The translations under genes were made by a program, and so were the position numbers. DNA of 64,000 bases from Novosphingobium sp. (GTDB lineage Bacteria; Pseudomonadota; Alphaproteobacteria; Sphingomonadales; Sphingomonadaceae): positions 2,205,493 to 2,269,492 of the forward strand of contig NZ_OZ245852.1 in assembly GCF_965228995.1 (NCBI RefSeq), in the 5' to 3' direction. The notes beneath the pieces are model-generated. The model searched no databases and was not told the DNA's origin. It worked only from the letters and a program-made list of their open reading frames with translations. Of this stretch, positions 10,701 to 19,700 are shown in pieces; position 1 is the stretch's first letter, and every line of letters begins with the position of its first letter.

Positions 10701-13700
10701 ATACAGTTCAAGGTCGGCAATGTCGCCGCCGCCAAGCCGGTGGCAGAGCCGGTCGCGCTGGATATCCGCGCCGGAACCGCGATCGATACGTCAAGTTTTG
10801 CCGGTGCGGTTGCGGGCAGCAACGGCGTCGGCGTGGGCGCGCCGGTCGTATCGGACGGGCTCACCGCGCAGACCAGTGCGCTGCTGTCAGGCGGCGGTGT
10901 GACGACGACCGGCTCGGTCACCGTGCGCGCAGCCTCGCGACAGGCGGCGACAGCGCTCGTGCTGGCGGGCGCGGTCGGCGGCAACGTGGGCGCGGCGGTC
11001 TCGGGCGTTTCCCCCCGTTTTGCAGCCGTGACGACTGCGGCAGTCGATGATCCGGACACGGTTTCGATCCTCGGCAGCGGCGGCCTTGCGATCAACGCGG
11101 ATAGCGACTCCCGCGGTTTCGCAACTTTCGGTAGCCTCGCGCTCGGCAAGGCTGCGGGCGCGGCAACAGTCGTGGTGGTGACTGACGATGATCAGACCAC
11201 GGCCCGCTACAAGAGCGCCAAACGCATCGCCGTTACCGCGCCCGCCATCAGCGTTTCGGCAAACGGCCGTTTCGATGCGCGGGTTGCGGGAGGATCGGTC
11301 GCCGCCGGGGTTGCCGGGGCGCTGGTCGGCAACGGGGTCGGCGTGGTCAATCGCCAGGTCATCGCGGCGCAGGCAAGCGGGCTCAATTACACCAATGCTG
11401 CGGGCAAGGTTTCGGTCACCGCCGCCCAGATCGCCAATTTCCAGCCGGTGATCGGGCAAGTGGCGGTCACTGCCAGCCTCGCCAGCGGTGCAGGGGCGCT
11501 CGGTGCGGTGGTCGTCCTCTCGCAAGCCAAGGTCGATGCGACGCTGATCGATCCGCTGGTCACTGCGGGCACGGTTTCGGTCAACGCTTATGGCGCGAGC
11601 GGGGTCGATGCGCTGCAGCTCGGTTTTGCCGGTGGGCTTTCCGGCAGTATCGGGGCCAATGTCACTTACATCGGCATCGGCGAAGTCGCTGATACCGGTG
11701 CGCTGTTCTCCAAGAGCGGCGGCAACGATGCCAACAGCCAGGTCGCGGCCAATGCCGGTTCGAGCGGCAGCGGCAATGGCAACCTCGCCATGCTCGGCGG
11801 CGGCAGCGGTGAGACGACTGCGCAGCAGGCCGCCGCAGCGGGGATGGATCAGCTGTCCGGCCCTGCCTCCACGCACCTCGTGACCGGCGCCGACGGCACG
11901 CGCGATGCCACTGGCGCGCTCCAGACAAGCAGCCGCGATCAGTTCATGCAGGTTGGCGCAGTCACCTCTGCACCAAGCGCCGACGACGGCGCCGCCTCCC
12001 GCGTCCGGGCGCAGGTGCTTTCCGCCACGGCCGGGCAGGCAAGCCAGGTAAAAGTCGGCGCGCTCAGCGTTGTGAGCAGCGCCAATCTTGTCAGCAAAAG
12101 CTCCAATTTCCAGGGCGCGGCGAGCCTTGCCAGCGGTTCCGCAGCTATCGCGATCACCCGCAATGCGGCGAACAGCATTGCCCGGATCGGCGCGGGCGTT
12201 ATCGCCGCCGGGCTCGCGGGCAGCAGCACGCTCGACGTTCGCGCGGATACCGGACAGGACGCGAGCCGCCTCACCGGAGGGATCACCAACCCGTCGAAAG
12301 CCGCCGAGGCGCTGGTCGTCTCCGGATCCGTCGGGGCGCTGACCGCCAACATCGGTCTTGCCGATATCAAGCTGCAGACGGTCTCGCTGGCTGAAAGTCT
12401 TGGCGCAGTCGGTTTCGGCACGACGACGATCAAGGCAAGCGACAGCAGCGATGCGGCAGCCAATGTCTACGGCGTTGCGGCAGGCGCCACGGGCGCGCTC
12501 AATGTTGCACTCGCCAATGTCACCAAGCAAGGCACGGTCGGCGCGCAGCTTGCGGGCAAATCGTTCTCGGCCATTACCCGGGTGATCGCAGCCGGCGGAG
12601 GCTCGACCAGCGCATATGCGCTCGCGGCTTCAGGCGGCTATTTCTTCGATGGCAATGCCGCTGTCGCACTCGCGACCGACCAACGCACGATCGATGCGCG
12701 CGTTGGCGAAGGCACGGTTGTCGCCAGCAACACCCTGTTGGTCGATGCTTCGGCTACCCCGCAAATCAGCGCGCAGAGCGATGGCATCGCGGTGAGCGGC
12801 GGGCTCGCCATGGGTGGCAGCGTCGCGCTCGCCACAGCCGATGCCACTATTCTGGCGCGGATCGGGGAAGGCGGCAGGATCACCTGCGTCACATTGCTCG
12901 CGCCCGGGTGTACGCTGACCGTACGGGCGGCATTGTTGCAACCTGCGTCAGGCCCCAACGTGCTCGCCAGCGCAAGGGGCAGCGCGGGCGGCGCGCTGGC
13001 TGCGGCCAATGCGTCCATCGCAACCGCGTCCGATACAGCGGACGTTGCGGCCATTGTCGGTGCCGATCTCAACGGCCAGCCGGGCGCGCCGACGGTTCTT
13101 GCCGGTCCCTCGATCACGATTTCAGCGAGCCGCACACTCGCGCAGACGGCGAGGGCGGACGGCCTCACGATTGCCGGGCTGCTCTCGGTCGGCGTGCAGG
13201 CGGCCAAGGCGCGTTCATCGGGGACGGTCGATGCCGCGCTCCTCAACGTCGATGGTTCGCAGCAGGTGCTGGTTGATGCCGTGACAGGACGTCCGCTGGT
13301 CGATGCATCGGGTGCTTTCGTGCGCAATCCTGATGCGACCGTCACCGCCAGCAGCCTCGATCTCAACACGGCGATTACTCGGGCCGGTGCGGGCGCGCTG
13401 GGCGCTGGCGTCGCGGCGGATGCGGCGACGGATTCGAGCGGGATCGTCACGACCACGATCGCACCTGACGCCGCCTTCGCGTTCCGCGCCGGCAAGCTTA
13501 CCGCGACCGCGACGGCTGCGGCCGACTATCATGCCGAAGCCGATGCAACCCAGGCCTCGGTTGTCGGCGGATCAGGCAGCACGACCGAAAACAGTGTCAA
13601 CACAACCGCGCACGTGGTTATCGGCAAGGCGGGCAAGGGCTCCACCCCGGGCACGAATTCCGTGCTCCGCGCGAGCAGCTTCGTGATCGGCGCGCAGAAC

Positions 13701-16700
13701 ATCGTTGGCCAGACGGGCAACGACGGCGGCTTTTCCAAGGGCGCTGGTGGCGGCGCCGCAACCGGTGCAGCGGCCAAGGTAACCAACCAGGTCACCCAGC
13801 ATGCCGCGGTCGACGTGCTCGCCGGCACCACGCTGCGCCAATACGGCGATGCCAGCCAGAACCTGCTGGCGATGCAGATCAATGCGGGTATCACGACCGC
13901 GCGCAGCGCCTCGACCGCGCTGCAGGTTGGCGGTGTGATGCTGCTGCCCTTCGCCCGTACCGACAGCACGTTCAATGCCGACAGCAAGGTGGCGATCGGG
14001 ACGAATGCGCTGCTACGCGCCGATGGCGGGATCGGCATCGGCACCACCGCACAGCAGACGATCGCCGATAGTTCGGCGGTGCAGATCTACGGCCTGGCCG
14101 GGATCGGCGGTGGCTCGTCCAGCACGACGGCAAACACATCTGGCCTCGTCACTGTCGGCGACGGCGCGACGATTGAATCGCTGTCCGACGTCCTCCTGAC
14201 GCCCGGGATCGGCGCAGACGGGCTGAGCCGCGATAGCATCAGCGTTTCGGACCAGACGGACGTGTTCAACCAGACCGTGGTGCCGATCACGGTCGATCAC
14301 GATGCGCATGCCACAGCCAATCTCTCCAATCGGCTGATCGTGGGCAAGGCGGTTGTCCGTTCTGCGCGCGATGTCACGTTCAGCGCGCTGGCCCAGGGTG
14401 TGACAGCAACGGCGGTGGGTACGGGGCACAATCCCTATCTTTCGATCTTCAGCAAGTCCGACAGCGGCGGCACGGCGGATATGGCCACGTCAGGCGCGAT
14501 TGCGCTCAATGGCAGCCAGATCACCGCTGGCTTCCTCGCCAATCGCAAGATCGGGATCACCGACACCAACGACGGCGGCTGGCAGGTGGTCGAAGCCGAT
14601 TTCGACGGGACCGACAAACTCACCCGCACCATCACTGCCGATGTATCGGGCAGTATCACCGGGGATACTCTGACATCAGGGGCAGGCTTGACGACCGCGG
14701 CGCCCGATCGCGACCGGCTCGGCCTCGCTCAGTTTTCGAGCCGCACCGTCTCTGCGCTCGATGTGGTGGGCCAGCAGATTACCAGCCTCACCGCGCAGGT
14801 TCAGGCTGCGGGCATCGTTGTCCCCTCCGATCCCAACCTGCTGCCCGCTGGTGACGCTCACGATAGTCTGGCGTCCAAGCTCGCGGCAGCGGCGGCGCAA
14901 TCGGCGCTCGTGGCGAAACTTTCCGCCGCTTTTGACACGCGCGCGGCGCTGACAGCTTCCGGCAACACGACCACGGCCGGCATTATGGTCGACAATCTCC
15001 TCGCTGCCGGCGGATCGTTTGCCATCAACACGGATTCGATCACAGGCAGCGGCAGCCGGGTCGTGGCCAATGCCTCGCCCACTATCGCGATCAACAGCAC
15101 CAGCGCGCGCAACCTGCTGCTGGGCAATCTGTTCATTCCGGCCAAGCCAAGCGGCGCGGTCACTTATGGCGGTCAGGCGGGCGAGACCAATCTGAGCACG
15201 ATTGCCACCGTGCAGTCCTCGGGCATTGGCGACACCGTCGAAGGCCTGATCGACGTGACCAACGGCGCGCCGTTCGGCGGGAAGAGCGATCTTCTGGTGT
15301 TCGGCCCGATCGCCAATGTCGGCGGTACCTTCAAGGCGTTGGTCAACAATGGCAATTTCAGCCAGTTCGGCGATGTGCAGGTCGGCAAGTACGATGTGAC
15401 TGTCCCCAACGGCCTGTTCAACGTCTCGACCGACGGCGCCTTCACCAAGGGCGTGCCGATCAATCTCTACTACGGCCATGTCGGCCTGACGCTCAACGAT
15501 CCGCAGTCATCGGGCTGTGCCGGCGGCAGCGGAGAGGGCTGCAAGGCAAACGCCAACGATCTGTCGCTCTTCGTGCAGTCCGCCATCGCCGAACAGGCCG
15601 TGGCGAATTATCTAGTCGACCATCCGGTGCTGACGAACGGCCAGCCCTTGACCGTGGGGAGCGGCATCGACGGACTGCGCAGCGCGCTCAAGCAGCTATT
15701 CAATCTCAGCGATGCGCAGGTTGCCGATCCGATCCGACTGCTGTTCGAGGAAGGGTTCGTCCCCGCCGGGAGCCAGCAGTATTACCACGTCAACAGCGCG
15801 GGGCAGCTGATCGCGGTGGCGACGACATTCGGCATCGCCAAATGGGGCACGGCAAATCACAGCAGCGGCGCAACGATCTTTGCGTCCTGCAGCGCTGTCT
15901 GCGAAGTCGAAAGCAACGATCGCGATCTATCCAATGGCTTCTCAGGGCAGGAATTCCTCTTCCAGACCCACAGCGGCGAGACGGTACGCTTCAACTATCC
16001 GGACAATGACGGCCTCGGCTCTTATTACTCGCTCGGCAGTGCTTTCGTGGATCCTGTCATTACGCGGCAGATCAATGCCAATAGCCAGCTTGGACCTGGC
16101 GATAACCGCACGATCAGCGCCAACCAGGTGCGGATCAATGCCAAGTTCGTGAATATTTCCGGCAGCATTGTCGCCGGTCCTGAAAAGCAGCGGTCGGTAG
16201 ATATCTCCGCGAGATTCACCGACGCGACGGGGATGCTCATCCAGGATTCGATGGCGCTGGATCCGAATGTCCACGTCGGATCGGTTTCGGCCCCTTTGCA
16301 GCTGACCAACGTGGCCACCGGCAACATCGGCGCGCGCTATGTAGTGTCCGGTCTGGTCCGCAACGCCCAGAACCAGGTCATCAGCACCACCGGCTACATC
16401 CAGCTCGATGATGTGGATGCGGGTGCAGGCGGGGTCATTGATATTACCGGCCGCATTCTCAACACCAATCCGCTGGGCGGAGGCGAGCTCAGGGTGCTCG
16501 ACGGCTTTGCCAACATATCGATTATCAACAACGCGCCGGTCGATCTGCATCTCGGCACGATCAATGCAGGCACCGATGTCAGCGGGCTGATCAAGCTGAC
16601 CGATCTCAAAGGCGATGGTTCGGTTGAAACCACCCAGTATCGGGACGTGCCCGGACAGGGCGTGACCATGAGCCACGTCACCAGCATGCCGGTTGCCGGC

Positions 16701-19700
16701 CAGCCGGGGCAATTCACGACCAAGGTCGATGATCTCGTGACCTATGCGGTGGGCGTTGGCGAGACAGGCACGAACACCAGTTCCGACTCCCCGCTCCAGT
16801 ATGATCCGTCCACCCGCGGCGGCGCCTATTTCGTGACGAACGAAACCCGCACGATCACGCGTGAAGTCTCGGTGACCAATGGCACCCAGCTGGACGGTGT
16901 CGACGTCCGCTATGGTGCTGCGAGCCCGTGGAAGTATGGCAACGCGACCCAGCAGCCGCAGGGCGGAACCTTTGTCGATATATCGACGCAGGGTACCGAT
17001 CCAAGGCTGCTGGCCGCGCTAGGCGGCAGCACGCCGGACTTTGTCCAGATGGTCAGCGGCGTCGTTACCGACAAGATCAACGATACCACGCAATTCTCGG
17101 CCGCGCCTGGCCAGAACTATGACGAGAACTTCACCTGGGAGCTTCCCAAGACAATCAACGTCACGCTGACCACTGCGGTGCGCGCGACGTATCCGATCAA
17201 CATCCTGTTCGATCAGGGACACGGCCAGAGCGGGGTCAATGTCGTGTCCACGCAGGGCAGCGTCGTAGTCGGCGGGCGGATTACCTACGGCGGCGGCGAT
17301 GTTGCGATCACTTCGGCGCAGAGCATCCTCGGCACCCCGAGCGGGCTGGTTTACGCGCACGGCTTCCGTGGCTGTGCGAACTCGACCTCGCCTTCGAATT
17401 GCGAGTCCAATGGCCTGACCGGCTCGATCGGTTCGGCTGACCAGCCACTCGCCGTGACAGTCGCCGGCTCGACATTGGGCGATCCGGTTACAGGCCTCGG
17501 CAAGTCTCTGGGCGGAACCGTGAGCGCGCAGACGAGCAATGGCGATGTCTATCTGAAGCTCAATTCGTCGACCGCGACTGCAGGCGATCTTGATGCCGTG
17601 GTGCTTGCGGCCGTCGGCGCCAGCGGCAAGGTGGTCATCACTTCGGGCACAGGGCTGGTCGGGCTTGACGGGCTTGGCCCGAATATCGCGGCAAAGGAAA
17701 TCGATCTCACTTCCGCCGGATCGGTCGGCGGGTTCAATCCCTATTCGGGCAGTGGCAGCGATCCCCTGCTCAAACCCGCGCTCACCGTCGAGGTGGGCGA
17801 GGGCGGCCTGTGGATCAACGCGGGCGGTGATATCACCGTGCAGGGTGCGATGCACCACGATGCAACGGACCTTGCCAATGTTCTGCGGCTTGGTGCCATC
17901 GTATCGACCCGCGATGTGCAAATCCGCGCGCCCGGCTCAATCGTTGCGCTCGATACAACGACGATCGTCAACCAGGACAAGCTCGCGCGTTTCCTTGCAG
18001 CGGCACAGGCGCTCCAACTTGCGCCGAGCGCCAGTTGCAGCGGCGCGGCCTGCAGCGGGACCGATCCGGCGCGGCTCGCCTCGATCACCGACGCACTGCG
18101 CAATCAGGCCCGCACCGCCTATGACACGATCATTCGTTCGGCCGGCCTGCCCACCAGCGAGGCCACCGATATCGCGGCGCGGATCGACAAGCTCAACGCA
18201 CTTTCCGCGGCCGGCGTCGCCATCGGGCGGGACGGGACGCTCGTTTATGACCCGCTGAAGGATACCGGCAAGACGGCGGCGGCCTTTGCTGCCACGCTCA
18301 CCGGGCGCAGCGGACTCAGCACTGCCGACGTAACGAGTGCGCTGCAGACATATGCCAACAGCGTGATCGCGCTTGTCGGCACCCGCCTTCCAAACCTTTC
18401 GGGCAGCGCAGACAAGGCAGCGGCCATATCCGCACTGGTGCAGGCGCAGGGCCGGTCGGCGGCAGAGGCCGATGCGCTTGGCAAGCTGCAACTGGTCGAT
18501 CAGTTGCGCAGCCAGGGCGTCCAGATCGATGCGAGCGGCAAGGTCACGCTCTCAGCGACCGCCACGGTCGCACCGGGCAGCGCGCTCGCCGCTTTGGCGG
18601 TAAGTGCGCTGCAATCGCAGACCAACGCGCTCAAGCCCGCGGCTGGCGCGACTGCGATCACCCCCATTGCCCAGCCGACTCCGGCAGACGTCCAGCGCGG
18701 TCTTCAGGCCTACGTCGATAGCCTCACCACCAGAATAAAGCCGCTGCTTGGCGGTACGCTGCCCACGCTCGCCGGGATTTCGACCGATGCTGCGCAGCTT
18801 GCCTTCATCGACAGCAAGGTGAGCGCCGGCAGCTTCGCGGCCTACGCAGGCGCGCAGACCGCCGATGCGAAAGCCGTCCTGCTGCAGGAATTCGGTGCGC
18901 TTCCGCCTTCGCGCACGAGCATCGATACGCTGGCCTTTGCGCCGGCCTTCCTTGCCGCGCGCACCGACGGGGCGACCTGGCAGCAGACGCAGCTTGATTT
19001 CCAGGTACCCTCGACTGCGTTCGTCCCCGTCGCCGATACCCAGTTCGAGACGCGCAAGGCGGTCATCACCGCGCGCAGCCTTACATTGGTTGCTGGCAAT
19101 TCGATCGGCAACTTCGAGGCACCCAAAGCTTTCCGCTTTACCAGCGCGGGTCTAGTCGATGCGGCTGGCAAGCCGATCACCGATCCGCTTCAGAAGCAGC
19201 TTGCTGCGGCCTATCTCGCCTCTGCCGGACCCGGCGATCTTGTTGCCAGCGTCACCGGCTCGCCGGCCACGCAGGTCACCTTCATCAGCCGTCATGACCA
19301 GCCTTTGCCGCTCGACGTAAGCGGCGTGGTCAATGCCTTTGCCGCAACCAACTACGTCTCGCGCAGCACCACCTGGACCGCCGCTAATGCAGACCAGCTT
19401 TCGGGCGACATCTTCCTGACCGATGTCGGCACGATGACCATCGGCTCGATCGTCAGCCTCAAGCCGGTGACCGGTGCGCGGCGAAACGATTGCAACAGCA
19501 ATCCCGCCGTGCCGCTTTCGGGCTGCGATAGCCGCATCCGCCTTACCGCCAATGCCATCACCGGTGTGACCCAGGGTGCCGTGCAGCTTACTGGCCGAAC
19601 GTTCGTGAACGGCAGTCTGTCGCGCCAGAACGTCACGGACCCCGCTGGCCGTGCTGTGATCATGGGCGGGCTGATCCGGCTCGAAGCCTCGAACGGAAAT